A stretch of DNA of 64,000 nucleotides, from NCBI GenBank assembly GCA_002269645.1, contig NIVC01000027.1, positions 186,001-250,000 on the forward strand, written 5' to 3'. The stretch comes from Macrostomum lignano. Its lineage: Eukaryota. Shown here one piece after another: positions 49,536 to 63,239 of this stretch (positions are counted from its first letter, which is position 1; each line of letters opens with the position of its first letter). Both the position numbers and the translations under genes were made by a program. The notes beneath the pieces are model-generated. The model searched no databases, was not told where the DNA came from, and worked only from the letters and a program-made list of their open reading frames with translations.

Positions 49536-52500
49536 CTGAAAAATAATTCACAAGTAAAATCATTTATATCACAATATCTTATAGTAATTGGCAAATAATA
49601 CTATACTATACTCATACTATATTTACCATGAATAATTATAAACAATTACATTCTTTTATTTCTATATATACCTGGCACTGCACAGGCACTAGCTAAAGCA
49701 TATAAATATTTATAGCTAATATATATAGCTATGACATAGCTATAGTAATATGGCCTACAATACAAAATAGTTATACAAATATAGCAAATATATAACAAGG
49801 AAAACACAGCATCTACCTGGCATTTGAGGAATTGATCTACACACACATAGTAGCTAATAATTGATATGTTCCTAGGCTATAGCCCATAAAAGCCCTAAAT
49901 AAAGTAAAGATATAGTGGGTTAAAGGTAAAGCTATATACTGTCATGCTTGCTGGGTTAAATTGCAAAGAACAATTAGGCATTGCACTTCCACTGTTGCCA
50001 AGCCATGTGTGTTGTGTACATTTATGCAACTAAAAAAAAAAAACAAATTTGAAACATGCATAGCATGTGAGTTAATCATAATGACATAAAAAGATAGCTA
50101 GCCAGCTAATTCAAAAGTGAAGTTTGCAAAGGATCTGCAATACAAGCCATCCACAAAATAAAACACGTGAGCATGAAAATCGGAGGAAACTATATGCTAA
50201 ACAGACCATCAAAATAACAAGTATGACAAAAATCCACATTCTCCTGCTCCAAACAGAAATTGCAAAACAATATTGGTACTATGTAAAATAGACGTGCGTC
50301 GTGATGCTTTGCAACATATAAGTTTATCAAACCAATTTTGTCTACTAATTATTAACAAAAAACTGCACAGTAGTTGCCAAAAAGAAAACACTTTACATAA
50401 TACGTACTGTGTAGAGCAAATCCAACTTAGTTCTAGAGTTATTACACAATTCCCTGACCTCAGTTTTACTCACAGTCTTTTTGGGAAATTTGGTTTACCG
50501 TTGAGAAACAACGGCAATTCAACGAAGAGCAATCACAACGGTTTTACAACGGTTTCACAACGCACTTCAAAAAATGAAATATTGGCTCAGTAAGCAAAAT
50601 AAAAGCTTTTTTAATTGCTTACGAGCCATTTTGGGTACAAAGACAAACTTTTTTGTTCCCAACGCTTTTGTGACATACCTCCGTTGAAACACCGTTGGAT
50701 CAACGTTGTCTTTTCCACTGGGAGTCTAGGTGGAATCCAGTAGTACTACTTCAATGAATCTTGAATACTCCTGACAACAACCCCCCTGACTTCTAATGCA
50801 AAACTATAATAAAATGCGAAAGCAGTAGACAGCGATATTGCAGAGCAAAACAACAACCTACTGTCCTATATGCGAAGAGTACAAAAATACGAGTATATTT
50901 TGCTAATATAAACAATTCTAATGAAGCGAAAAAACTAGCAATTGCATTGTGATGCGATGAGTAAGCAAGTGGATAATCGCGCGAGCTAAAAAACTAGAGA
51001 TTAAAAAATAAAACGCACATAAGCGAGACAAGGCGAGGCTGGCACAATACACGGCCCCCACTAACACCCATCCCCGACAGGCCGCGACGCACCCCTCCAA
51101 CCCCAGACCGAAAAACACGACGAGGACCCCCAACGGTCCCGCCCCCTCAAACACGTATCGCGGCCAGCAGCGATTGGCCAGCCAATCTACACTAGCTTGG
51201 TACTAACTACTAAGTAGTAATAGTACAGTTGTAATAGTACATGTGCATGATGTTAATCCCGAAGGTCGGCGGCAAGCGATAAAGTCACTCTCGATCTGTC
51301 GACAAATTGGAAACCCTCTGCTAAAATCAATAGGCGGTAAGGAAAAGCCTCCTGGTTATGTATTTTTCTTTATACATTCTTGATTCCGATATCTTGAAGT
51401 CTCAAAGTAGGCTCCAAGTAAGTATCTAACTCAATATTTACATATGCAAATTAAATTATTGTATGGTCGCGAGTCATATCCGAGTTTAACATTTTAAATA
51501 TTTCGTAATTTCTATTTTCGTATATTAAGTGAAGCTTTTTGTTTGCGCACAAATATGCTTTTAGACAGTGTTTGAATTAACTTCAAAACTAAAAAATGTA
51601 ACTGTATAAAAGCTTTTTAATTTTTGGTTTAATTGGTACATCTAAGAAACAAACCAAAGTTCAAACGTGATGAGAATTTTTTGGTAAAAAATTATAAAAA
51701 AAAACTACGAGCCTGCGAGAGTTTCCGACACGAATCTGTTTTTGACATTAACTTACGACTGGTTTGACTGCGTACTAACTTGACTGATTTGTTTCAATTT
51801 TTTAATTGAACTTATGAATAGTAGGCTTTTGATTTTAGTTTTGTTTATAAATATGTATAAACGAAGCGTACAGTTGGGTAATCTTTCCTTACCCGACCGT
51901 AAATTATTTTCTAAGTTTTTTTCGAATTTTTTATTATACAGTTGTACTTAGCGCAAAGAATTTTCAGTTTTAACATTATTTTGCATAGTTAGCGTACAAA
52001 ATAGCCTAAGTTTAGGCCTAGTGTAAATTGTATAGTTTAGGCCTAATATCGATTAAAAAGAGCTCTTTTTAAATAAATGGAAACAAGAGTGAAAAAAGCT
52101 ATTTCTGATTCTGCTATATTGCATATTTTGCCCACAGGCCACAGGCCACATTACAATACAAAGAAAGATACATATGTTTGGTTTACACAATTGCGATCAT
52201 TGCTCTTCAGTGATATATGTGTATTAATATACATCTGCTGCCCTTAGCCCCTTTGATATGCTGCCCCTTGGGCCTTCTAGCACACCATGCTATAGAGAAG
52301 AAGCAAGAAACAAGAAAATTAACAAGCAAGAAAATTCTAATTTTTCAAACAATTATATTCTAGAATTTTTAAAAACAGAGAAACAGTTGGCTTTGTTAAA
52401 AGTGTATTCTTTCTTCGAATCAAAATGACTTTAGAAAAAGTCACAAGTATATAAACCTTTGAGATTTAGTTTATAGGGATTTTTGGTGGCAGGATACTTT

Positions 52501-52806
52501 CATTGACATTTGTATGGATTACAAAATACAATACAAATACAATGGCTTCTATTTTTATTGTAGCATGGTTTTATTTCGGAGGAAAAATAGATAAGACAGC
52601 ACTACTGCCTTAGTCTAGATTGTGTAGGCCTAATAATGCACATTTTATGGCAATTTTTCTAATATATTTTAGTGATGCAATAAAACAATTATAATAAAGT
52701 TAGGAACTCTACTAGGGCCTATGCTATAAGTTACTGCAATGTTTGTTGCCTAGGCCTATATGACTTGTTGCTGAAATATCTATCAATGAAACTTCTTGTC
52801 ACCAAT

Positions 52807-53396
52807 CCAGGGTCAGGATCGTGTACCGCTGTACGCCGGAACGAAAATTGCTTCCGTAGCTCATGCACGCCAATGTACGCCAACGAACTTTTTATCTCAT
52901 ACAAAAATACGCCAAAATAGAAATTACAAACTACAACTAATATTAAAAGCTTGCAAAATTTTAATATTTGATCAACCTATGTGTTAAAACTAAAAATCTT
53001 TTTACTAAACTATAGAGAACTAGTTCATTTTAACTAATTTTGTTTTACTTTTACTTTCTTGAAAAGGTTAAGCCCGGTTTTTTAAATTTAGTTTTCCGTT
53101 TTTTTCGTAAAGGGCCAGCCATTCTTTCTGATCAAAATTTAGCTACTGTAACTATGTACATGGAAACTATGCCAAATGCAAACTTTATCATTTTTGTATG
53201 CTAATTATGTAGATTGATTGTTGGGACTCGGAACTTTTGGTCCCACCTGCTGGTCTCGGCAATATCTATACGCCAAGCTGTACGCCAAGAGGGCACGCCA
53301 GGCGCCTTTGTACGCCAAGTTGTATGCCAATGTGTAATCTAGGTCCCTCTGTACGCCGGAATTTTCCGGCGTACATATATACCATCCGGAGTCTGG
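52807..53396. mobile_element. hAT-like MITE, 590 bp
   Basis: 8-bp TSD TCACCAAT (52799-52806, 53397-53404), CCAG..CTGG termini, multiple TGTACGCC subterminal motifs. Confidence 0.8.
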
Positions 53397-53603
53397 TCAC
53401 CAATGACTAGAAACCTATGACAGTTACCATATCTACTATTTAGCACAGGCAGACAAATAGTCCACTGGCCATTTGCCTAGGGCAGACAAATAGTCTGGTA
53501 AGGCCTAGACAAATAGTCCTAGATTCATGGGAGAAATGCTATTTTTTTGAAAACCCACATAGGCCTAAGCCCATAACAGTCTTAATTATGACAACTTTGG
53601 CTA

Positions 53604-54338
53604 TAGTGATAGATCGAAATTCGATTTCGATTTCGATATTCCAAATTTTAAAACTAATTTTACATCGAAATAATTTTGATTTTGATTTTGAATTTCAACA
53701 CTATTCATCAAAAATCATTTCAAAATTTTGGTTATATTTTAACAATTTAGACATTGATGATCATGCTACACAAGTAAGAAAATCTATAGGAAGTGAAAGG
53801 AAGTGCGGTTCAAAGACTCAGTGGGAAGGTGAGAATCACCTTTTCTACAAGAAAAGATTGTGCGGGGCACACACTGTTCCAGGCCTTGTGCTGCACCCAC
53901 CTCAATTTCTACATGCCCACTGGCTGAACTCATCGGCGTGGATTTTAATTGGCTAAAGACTTAAAACCTTAATGAAATGGATATAGGCTACTTGTATCTA
54001 GATCTTCAGCTTAAACAGCGGTGAAGTATAATACAACTTCTACTACATTTCTATGTACGAGTGTATAATACATAATACATCAGCATTTTCTATTTCGTAT
54101 TTTTAAAGTAAGTTAAATCTTAAGTATTCTAGTTTAAACATATCAAGGATACTTTTTATAAAACATGTAAGCTCATACATGCAGAGGCAAGGTGTTAACC
54201 TTTTTGCATGATTAGCAAAAAAGTAAAAATTTGTTAAGCTCAAAAATTTTGATTTTGATTTCAATTTCAATTTCAATTTTGATTCTAAGGAACCAAAAAT
54301 TCGATTTAAATTTAAAAAATAATTTCGATCCATCACTA
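53604..54338. mobile_element. hAT-like MITE
   Basis: TIR TAGTGAT(A/G)GATCGAAATT; flanks TTTGGCTA / TTTGGCTG (7 of 8 TSD match). Confidence 0.75.
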
Positions 54339-55003
54339 TTTGGCTGGAACATAGCATTGCCAACTATGTAGTACTATATTGGTTTTTTTGGGAGAGCATT
54401 TTTTGTGACTTTTTGTTTTGGCTGCAGTGTTTTGCCAAATAACCAAATTGGCCAGCTTGGCTAGGCCTAGATGTTATACATAGCTATATATACATGTAAC
54501 AATTTTTTCACTTTGCTTATATAAGGGTCAGATCAAATCTATAATGTCAAAGTTGATAGACCAAAGACCAAGACCAAGACCAATATTAAAAAAAATTATG
54601 TGCGCTATTATACAGAGTATACAAAAAACTTATTGATTTTTTGATATACATTGTGTACATGTCACATGACCAAGATGTCTATAGGACCATACACTAAGAT
54701 GGCCATAGTTCTAAATGTCTAAATAGATAATAATAAGTCTAGGTCTACATATTTCACTTATTTTCTATTTGTAGTAATTTTTATTAGGTGTAGATCTTTA
54801 AGTCTTAAGAAGATAGATAGAAATAGAATTATATTGTATTATAATCATTTCTTTTTGGCTTTAGCTTTTATTATAGCCTGGCCTATAGATATTTATCTAC
54901 TACATAAATCAAGTAGCCTAGCACAAAATAAATACCTTGTTGCATATTGATCCCATTTTGTTCTATAGCATTACCAGTACCACTAGCACTAGCAATGGTT
55001 TCT

Positions 55004-55791
55004 GGGCCATTCCATATAATTATGGTCGTAACATGACAGACTATTTTTACTTATAAAATGAAATCTAATAATAGAATATATACTAAACCAATATTTTGAA
55101 TGAAAAATAATTTTGTCAAGAATATGTTTATAAAGTTTCATATAGATATCATCATTAGTATAGATGCTGTTAAACCTTGAATGGCACTTATGGTCGTAAC
55201 AACAGGATTTTTGACATATAGAAACTAAAAGGTAAAAGTCTTATAACATTTTTCATTTTTGATATTTTGCAAAAAAAATTTTTAATTTGACTAAGAACAT
55301 CTTTAGAAGTCATACTCTTTTATTAGAATATATTAACTCAAAAAGGCAACAAAGATACAAAAGAAAAGGCAGCCTTATGGTCATAACATTATGGTCGTTA
55401 CATATTTTTTTCTGTCAATTCAGTAACTTTGAAGTACTAATGTATTAAAAATACAATAAATTATATGGTTTCTAATGTTTTTATCTGATGATGCAAGTAC
55501 TATAATTTTATATTTAGTTTGTTTTAACCTTCTAAAGCTTTCTATTTGTTTTTAAAAGTTACATAAACTTAATGATGTCTTTTGCTTAGAAAATGTCCAA
55601 TTTTTTACAAAAAAAAACTTTTTGCCAATTGATAACATACTAATCCAACATTTTATCATTTATTTATTCTTAGATTGTATACATTACATACAAAAAAGAT
55701 TTGGTAAAAAAATTGGCTAATAAGGCAATGGCAAACAAAAATATTGACTTTTTCTATTTTCCAAATATGTCCATCTTATATGGAATGGGCC
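55004..55791. mobile_element. MITE with 4-bp TSD
   Basis: TIR GG(G/C)CCATTCCATATAA, TTCT on both flanks, repeated TTATGGTCGTAAC motif. Confidence 0.65.
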
Positions 55792-56584
55792 TTCTTGATA
55801 AACTGATAGTAATAGATTTGATATTGATAGATATATGATAGAGAATAAATTGGCACAAGCACTGAAAAATATCAATTGGTTTTATATTATTGGTCATTAG
55901 TTTCAAATCTATTATTATATTAGTATTGATAAATATGATTGATTAACATAATAATAAATACAACAATAGCTATGAAATTGCTAATTAATATAATAGGCCT
56001 CCAGTTTTTATAACAATTTCTTAGAAAAAGTTGCATTTCAAAAATGTACTACTGTTGTTATACTATGCGAATATTAAAAATATTTCTTATATGCAAAATA
56101 TTCTAAATATTCTATGTATTAATACTTTGTTTTATATACTAGGAAAATTTTACTATAAATAGGAGTCAGCTGGGAGCCAAAATAAATAACCTTGTGAACC
56201 TTTTCTTGTTTGTTGGTCTTGTACCATTGTTTCGAACATTGATCAAGCTTCAAATCAGCCTTGGGCTTGTGATCACTTGTGTTACTTATTTCGAGTAGTA
56301 GATAGTGACATAGGAGTTGCCCCAAGATTGGGAGTTCAGTCCGTTCTCAGAGAATGAGAAATCTTAGACTTAGGAGTCTAGTAACCCGCCTTTAGAAGGC
56401 AGAATTCCTACCACAGTGTAGAGAAATCTAGGCTTAGAGTCTGAAAAACCCACCTCAGGGCAGAATACCCAGCGAAGTGCGCTGTGACCCTCTGATCCCG
56501 GGAATGCCCAGGACTGAGAATAATATCTTTAGAGGAATATAAGGATAGGATAGACAGTGCCTAAAAGACCGCTCAGGCCAGAAA

Positions 56585-56785
56585 GTACAATAAAAGTATA
56601 TACACTACCAATAAAAGTACATACACTACCAATAAAAGTATATACACTACCAATAAAAGTACATACACTACCAATAAAAGTACATACACTACCAATAAAA
56701 GTATATATGCTACCAATAAAAGTATATATGCTACCAATAAAAGTATATACGCTACCAATAAAAGTACATATGCTACCAATAGAAG
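56585..56785. repeat. 21-bp tandem repeat (CAATAAAAGTACATACACTAC)n
   Basis: Directly visible; produces the spurious PIKVYTL / VYTFIGS ORFs. Confidence 0.92.
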
Positions 56786-58299
56786 TAGTAGACATGCAGT
56801 ACTAGTAGAAGGCAAGTAATAACCAGTAAGGTCGTGAGGAAGAAATAACCCCTGTAACAACTTTGGTGTCTTAACGGTGGGATTTCTAGAGAGAGCCAAA
56901 AGCCCTGTTATAACTTTGGTGGCATTGTGGAATTATTTATAAGGACAGAAGCAAGCCCTACGTCATTAATAATAGAAAAAGAGTAGATACAATAGCAATT
57001 CAATATTGTGGCCATCTTGGTATATGGCTATCTTGGTCTTACACCATGTACATAATAGTAAACTGTTGAAAACCTTGTTGCATATAAGAATTTTTCCAAA
57101 AACAGTGTCTTTGAGAATATGTTTGCTTTAGTTAATTTTATTCTAGTTTGTAGTTGATCTATTCTTCCTAAATATCTTGAAACATTATAATAAAAATATT
57201 GCCAGAATTGTCTAATAGATTAGAATGCAGTTAGGCCTAAATTGCTTTTGTCTTATAGGTGAGAGTAGTTTTATTAAAACATTTTTTTCCATGAGCCATT
57301 TTGTGTATCTAGGGTTTGACTAGGTATTATAGTCTATAAGGAATTGATATATTTGCTAGGATTAAGTCTAATGCATTTAAGAAAAGTGCAAAGCCATGAT
57401 CTATTACTTACTATTTAGTGCATCAGAAAGTTCTTGTGGTTTTACTAACATATCTCACAAAGCAGCTCACAATAGCACCAACAAGCTTAAGTATCTAAAT
57501 AGTGTCTGACTAGTGCTTTTGCATTTTTATTTAAATAGAAAAGTCTGCTTTTTCATTTAAGGCAATATAGCCCTTGGCAAATTTCTAAACCATGGTCTAG
57601 GAAAAGTTGAACCTTGCTATAAAGAAAGTCAGAGTGAACATTTTGTCTTTTGTTTCAGTCTATTTACTTGGAGAAATATCTTCTTTATTTATAACATTTT
57701 GCCTTTTTGTTAAGCTTTAGTGGCATTTTATTATTCTAGAGATAGAATAGGATCTATAATCCTAGCAAAAGTTAAATTTATAATTTTACTTGATCCTAAA
57801 ATTTTTGATCTAATCTAATTTTAGTCTACATTTTACCATCAATTATAATACAATAAAGCAAGGGTTGACAAATTACCCCAATGGCCAGATAGACAATCTA
57901 GAAAATGACGATCACATAGATACCTACCAACAAACTATTTTTAATATATGGATGGCAGGCCAGAGAAATAGAGAAACGAGGGAATAGAGAAAGAGACAAA
58001 ATAAGAGATGAGAAAAGAGATGAGAGGAAAGAAGAGAAGAGAATGGATTAAAAGGAAGGATATTAGTAAGAAAAGAGCTGAGAAGATGCAAACTAAACCT
58101 TAAGCAGGCTAGATTGCTATTGTGTCTTAGCCAGATTGATAATCTTTAAAGGGCCCCAGAAAGGTTTTGGAAAGGCTTTGGAGGCTGCATGTTGTCTGCG
58201 GGCCAAAGTTTGCTAATCCCTGCAATAGAGCAATAATTTTTAGTATATTTGATTGAAGATTTCCTTCTGTTTTTTTTTACATAGAAATCCTCTTTTACT

Positions 58300-60086
58300 A
58301 TGGTATAAAATTGTACACTAGAGTCTATTTTACCACTAAAATAACCTCAAAGTTATTTTCACTCGCTTCAGGGCGTCTCAGACTACTTCAACGACCTATT
58401 TAAGGACAATCCGTACTTTGGCGCCGGTTTCGGCCTAGCCGGAGTAGGAGTTGGCCTCACCGCGCTGCGTCGTGGCGCACAATTGGGCGCTATTTTTTTG
58501 CGGCGTCGCTACACGGCCACGCTTGAAGTGCCCAGCCACGATCCCAGCTATGCTTGGCTGCTGCAGTGGATCACTAAGCGGGTTGGCAATTGTCAGCATG
58601 TTAGCGTGCAGACTGCGCTGGAACAGAGCGACAGTGGCCGGATAGTTACTAAGTGAGGAGAGAGTAGATAAGGAGAGTAGAGACTAGATAAGGATAAGAG
58701 ATGGTAGATATGAAGGGAGAGAGTAGATAAGGAGAGTAGAGACTAGATAAGGATAAGAGATGGTAGATATGAAGGGAGAGAGTAGATAAGGAGAGTAGAG
58801 ACTAGATAAGGATAAGAGATGGTAGATATGAAGGGAGAGAGTAGATAAGGAGAGTAGAGACCAGATAAGGATAAGAGATGGTAGATATGAAGGGAGAGAG
58901 TAGATAAGGAGAGTAGAGACTAGATAAGGATAAGAGATGGTAGATATGAAGGGAGAGAGTAGATAAGGAGAGTAGAGACTAGATAAGGATAAGAGATGGT
59001 AGATATGATGGGAGAGAGTAGATAAGGAGAGTAGAGACTAGATAAGGATAAGAGATGGTAGATATGATGGGAGAGAGTAGATAAGGAGAGTAGAGACTAG
59101 ATAAGGATAAGAGATGGTAGATATGAAGGGAGAGAGTAGATAAGGAGAGTAGAGACCAGATAAGGATAAGAGATGGTATATATGAAGGGAGAGAGTAGAT
59201 AAGGAGAGTAGAGACCAGATAATGATAAGAGATGGTAGATATGAAGGGAGAGAGTAGATAAGGAGAGTAGTAGAGACTAGATAAGGATAAGAGATGATAG
59301 ATATGAAGGGAGAGAGTAGATAAGGAGAGTAGAGACCAGATAAGGATAAGAGATGGTAGATATGATGGGAGAGAGTAGATAAGGAGAATAGAGACTAGAT
59401 AAGAATAAGAGATTGTAGATAAGAAAGGAGAGAGTTGAGAGTAGATAAGTCCTGAGGTTAGAGAGTAGATAAGGATAGGAGAGAGTAGATAAGGATAATA
59501 GAAAGTAGATAAAGATAGGAGAGAGTAAATAATATGTGAGAGAGTAGATTATAATAGGAGAGAGTAGATAAGGATAGGACAGTAGATTAGAAAGGTGACG
59601 AGTAGATAAGGAAATGAAAGAGTAGGTAAAGAAGGGATACAGTATATGATAAGGAGGGATAAGTTAAGAGTGGAGAGATAACAGTAGGAAGAGAAACGCA
59701 TATTAAAGACTGTCCTTTCACCAACAACAGGAGCTCCTACCTGCCGAGCGTTGGCAATCATTTCTTTCGCTACGGCGGCACCTGGATTAGAGTTGAGCGC
59801 AATCGCGAAGCCCAGATGCGTCGAGAGCGAACGGGCGAAACGTCGCCATTCGAATCGGTTCGACTGACGGCCATCGGGCGCGGCCGGGGCGTCTTCGATC
59901 GGGTGCTGGACGAGGCCAGGGAGATGGCTTTCCAGGCTAGGGAGGGCTGGACTGTGGTGTACAAGGCCAGGGGCGCCGAGTGGGAGCCGTTCGGCTATCC
60001 CAGGCGGAGGCGGCCGGTTGAATCCGTAAGTCTGTGTTTGTCTGTCTGTCTGCCTGTCTGTCTGTCTGCCTGTCTGTCTGTCTGCC

Positions 60087-60139
<53 letters not shown>

Positions 60140-61220
60140 GCCTGTCTGTCTGTCTATCCGTCTGTTTTCTGTCTGTCTGTCTTCTATCTGTCTGTCTGTG
60201 TGGACAGACATTCAGGTATTGCTTTTGAACCAGCTTTTACCTGCAGATCGATGCTAAAAGTTATAATATTATGATAGCGTTTAGATCAACGCATTTAGTT
60301 GGATAATTGAATAGACGAGGGTTCGAATCCCGGTTTCTAATTCCTGATTATTTGTAATTCAGTATCCGGAATGGAACTGGGAAAAATTAGTCACTCACTA
60401 TAAGCTACATTACTCTCTCCCATTTTCCTTTATCCCCTCTCCTCACGCTAAAGTCCACCTGATAATCCATTGCTCAACAAATGCATAACCGCAGGTGATT
60501 CTCGCAGCTGGCCAAGCCGAATCGCTCCTGGCTGACATCAGGGAGTTCCAATCCAGCCAGCGCTGGTACACGGACCGCGGAGTCCCCTACCGACGCGGAT
60601 ACCTGCTGCACGGGCCGCCCGGCTGCGGCAAGACCAGCTTCATCACAGCTTTGGCCGGCTCTCTCCAGTGCTCAATCTGCATGCTGAACCTGGGCGAATA
60701 CGGCTTAGACGATGCCCGCCTGGACCACCTGTTGAATCACGCGCCGCCTCAGTCTGTTCTGTTACTAGAGGATGTCGATGCCGCTCTGGCTGCCCAAGCT
60801 AGATTAGCCGAGTCGCCTAGCCGGTACTCCGGCATGCCCGGGATCAGCTTGACCGGCCTGTTGAACACCTTAGACGGGGTGACGTCATCTGAGGGCCGGC
60901 TGCTGTTTATGACCACTAATTACCCGGAGCGGCTGGACCCGGCTCTGACCCGGCCAGGTCGAGTTGACCTCTACGTCCGAATTGGCTACTGCACCCGAGA
61001 TCAGCTGGTCCGAATGTTTGCCAGGTTTTATCCCGACGCCGGTATGGAAGCGGCTAAAGAATTTGCTAATAAATTATTAATTAGCGATTCAATTGATTGC
61101 GTTCAAAGCGCTAGAATTAGTCCGGCTAAAGTGCAAGGACATTTTCTAATGCACAAATCAGATTGGAAAGCGGCTTTGGATTCGGCTACTGACTGCCTGA
61201 CTGTTGCTGAGGCTGCTTGA
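58300..61220 (+). CDS. BCS1: mitochondrial AAA chaperone BCS1; exons 58300-58302, 58372-58652, 59731-60025, 60495-61220 (434 aa)
   Basis: [78 protein letters not shown]; splice phases consistent. Confidence 0.93.
58653..59540. repeat. 59-bp purine-rich tandem repeat in BCS1 intron
   Basis: GGAGAGAGTAGATAAGGAGAGTAGAGACTAGATAAGGATAAGAGATGGTAGATATGAAG repeated, decaying at the right end. Confidence 0.92.
60031..60200. repeat. (TCTG)n microsatellite in BCS1 intron
   Basis: Directly visible. Confidence 0.95.
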
Positions 61221-61439
61221 ATGCTTGGAGTTGTAAATTTGGCATTTAATATTCTGGCCGCTTAAGTGCTGAATTAGTTCAATTTTAGCATAATGTATTA
61301 GCTAAATATAATATAAGAACATTTTAAAGTTGAGTGATTTATAAAATAGTAACATTTTCTTTGTCTTAGGTCCCCTTTGCTTTCATTGTTTACTAATAGT
61401 TTCAAGTTTTTAAAGCGTATGAGATTCAAACCTGGTCGA

Positions 61440-62640
61440 GAGGCTCACAATCCTGATCTAGAGAATCACAATAATGATCTAACGACTCACAATCCTGATC
61501 TAGAGGCTCACAATCCTGATATAGAGACTTACAATCCTGATCTAGAGACTTACAATCCTGATCTAGAGACTTACAATCCTGATCTAGAGACTTACAATCC
61601 TGATCTAGAGACTTACAATTCTAATCTAGAGACTTACAATCCTGATCTAGAGACTTACAATACTGATCAAGAACCTCGCAATACTGATCTCAGCGACTCA
61701 CAATCCTGATCTAGAGACTTACAATCCTGATCTAGAGACTTACAATCCTGATCTAGAGACTTACAATACTGATCAAGAGCCTCACAATACTGATCTCAGA
61801 GACTCACAATCCTGATCTAGAGACTTGCAATCCTGATCTAGAAACTCAGTCCTGATCTAGTGACTTACAATCCTGATCTAGAGACTTACAATCCTGATCT
61901 AGAGACTGACAATCCTGATCTAGAGACTTACAATCCTGATCTAGAGACTTACAATACTGATCAAGAACCTCACAATACTGATCTCAGCGACTCACAATCC
62001 TGATCTAGAGACTTACAATCCTGATCTAGAGACTTACAATCCTGATCTAGAGACTTACAATACTGATCAAGAAACTCAATCCTGATCTAGTGACTCACAA
62101 TCCTGATCTAGAGACTTACAATCCTGATCTAGAGACTTACAATCCTGATCTAGAGACTTACAATACTGATCAAGAGCCTCACAATACTGATCTCAGAGAC
62201 TCACAATCCTGATCTAGAGACTTGCAATCCTGATCTAGAAACTCAATCCTGATCTAGAGACTTACAATCCTGATCTAGAGACTTACAATCCTGATCTAGA
62301 GACTGACAATCCTGATCTAGAGACTTACAATCCTGATCTAGAGACTTACAATTCTGATCTAGAGGCTTACAATCCTGATCTAGAGACTTACAATACTGAT
62401 CAAGAGCCTCACAATACTGATCTCAGAGACTCACAATCCTGATCTAAAGACTTACAATCCTGATCTAGAAACTCAATCCTGATCTAGAGACTTACAATCC
62501 TGATCTAGAGACTTACAATCCTGATCTAGAGACTTACAATCCTGATCTAGAGACTCACAATCCTAATATAGAGACTTACAATCCTGATCTAGAGACTTAC
62601 AATCCTGATCTAGAGACTTACAATCCTGATCTAGAGACTC
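61440..62640. repeat. 21-bp minisatellite (CAATCCTGATCTAGAGACTTA)n with variant units
   Basis: Directly visible. Confidence 0.95.
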
Positions 62641-62752
62641 AGTAACAATAACACTCATAATATTTTTCTGAAAACTCAATTCTGACCTAATCTAGAAACA
62701 ATCCTATCATTCACAATAACCTATTTTAATTAGATTACTGTTTTCCTGCTGA

Positions 62753-63071
62753 ATGATGAGTAACCCTTTGGATTCCGAAGACGAAGATTTAATGGACAGT
62801 TGGTCGCCTTTAAAAAAAGAATTTCAAGCCGCTTCGCTGTTCGTTCGAAGCGCAACTGGCAACTTGAAGCCTGACGAACTGCTGTATCTTTACGCCAGAT
62901 ATAAGCAGGTAATATTTTTTAGCTATAAAATGCGTTTTCTTCTACTTATTTTAGTAGGAAAAACGCATTTTTTAGTTTTAAACAGTTCAAAACTTTAAAT
63001 CTTTAGGCTCTGGACGGACCTTGCAATATTCCGAGGCCTGGATTTTTCGATTTTCAAGGCAAACAGAAATG
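62753..63071 (+). CDS. ACBD6: acyl-CoA-binding-domain protein (ACBD6-like), first two exons 62753-62908 and 63007-63071; continues beyond the window
   Basis: LLYLYARYKQ / ALDGPCNIPRPGFFDFQGKQKW is a typical ACB domain, closest in my recollection to ACBD6. Confidence 0.75.
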
Positions 63072-63239
63072 GTAAGATTTTTTAAGGAGACTTTAGATAA
63101 TAGATATCCAGTGATGCTTTTATAAGTATAATAAGTACTTTTAAATGGGTTTTTAGTCCCCGGAACAGTCTGAATTATATTTAAAATCTTTAGTAGTTTT
63201 TAAAAAACAAGAGTTACCCGATAGAATCTAGTCTGAGTT

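Larger units (their letters stand above)
44720..50722 (-). mobile_element. complete CMC/EnSpm-type DNA transposon, 6003 bp
   Basis: ~30-bp imperfect TIRs CCCAG(C/T)GGAAAA..CAACGTTGAT, 2-bp TSD AG (44718-44719, 50723-50724), CAACG/CCGTTG subterminal repeats, transposase and accessory gene inside. Confidence 0.9.

Noticed and set aside
51030-51340. GC-rich island with C-rich strand bias
   Set aside because: No ORF, termini or RNA structure that I could support
56529-56899. Hydrophobic repeat ORFs (LLLVAYI, PIKVYTL)
   Set aside because: Translations of a 21-bp tandem repeat
59549-60228. ORFs with TDRQ / CLSV repeats
   Set aside because: (TCTG)n microsatellite plus the antisense of a BCS1 exon
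60290-60345. tRNA gene (GGGTTCGAATCCC B-box)
   Set aside because: No cloverleaf or A-box; at most a SINE remnant
61377-61709. ORF with NPDLETY heptads
   Set aside because: Translation of the 21-bp minisatellite; no supporting gene structure
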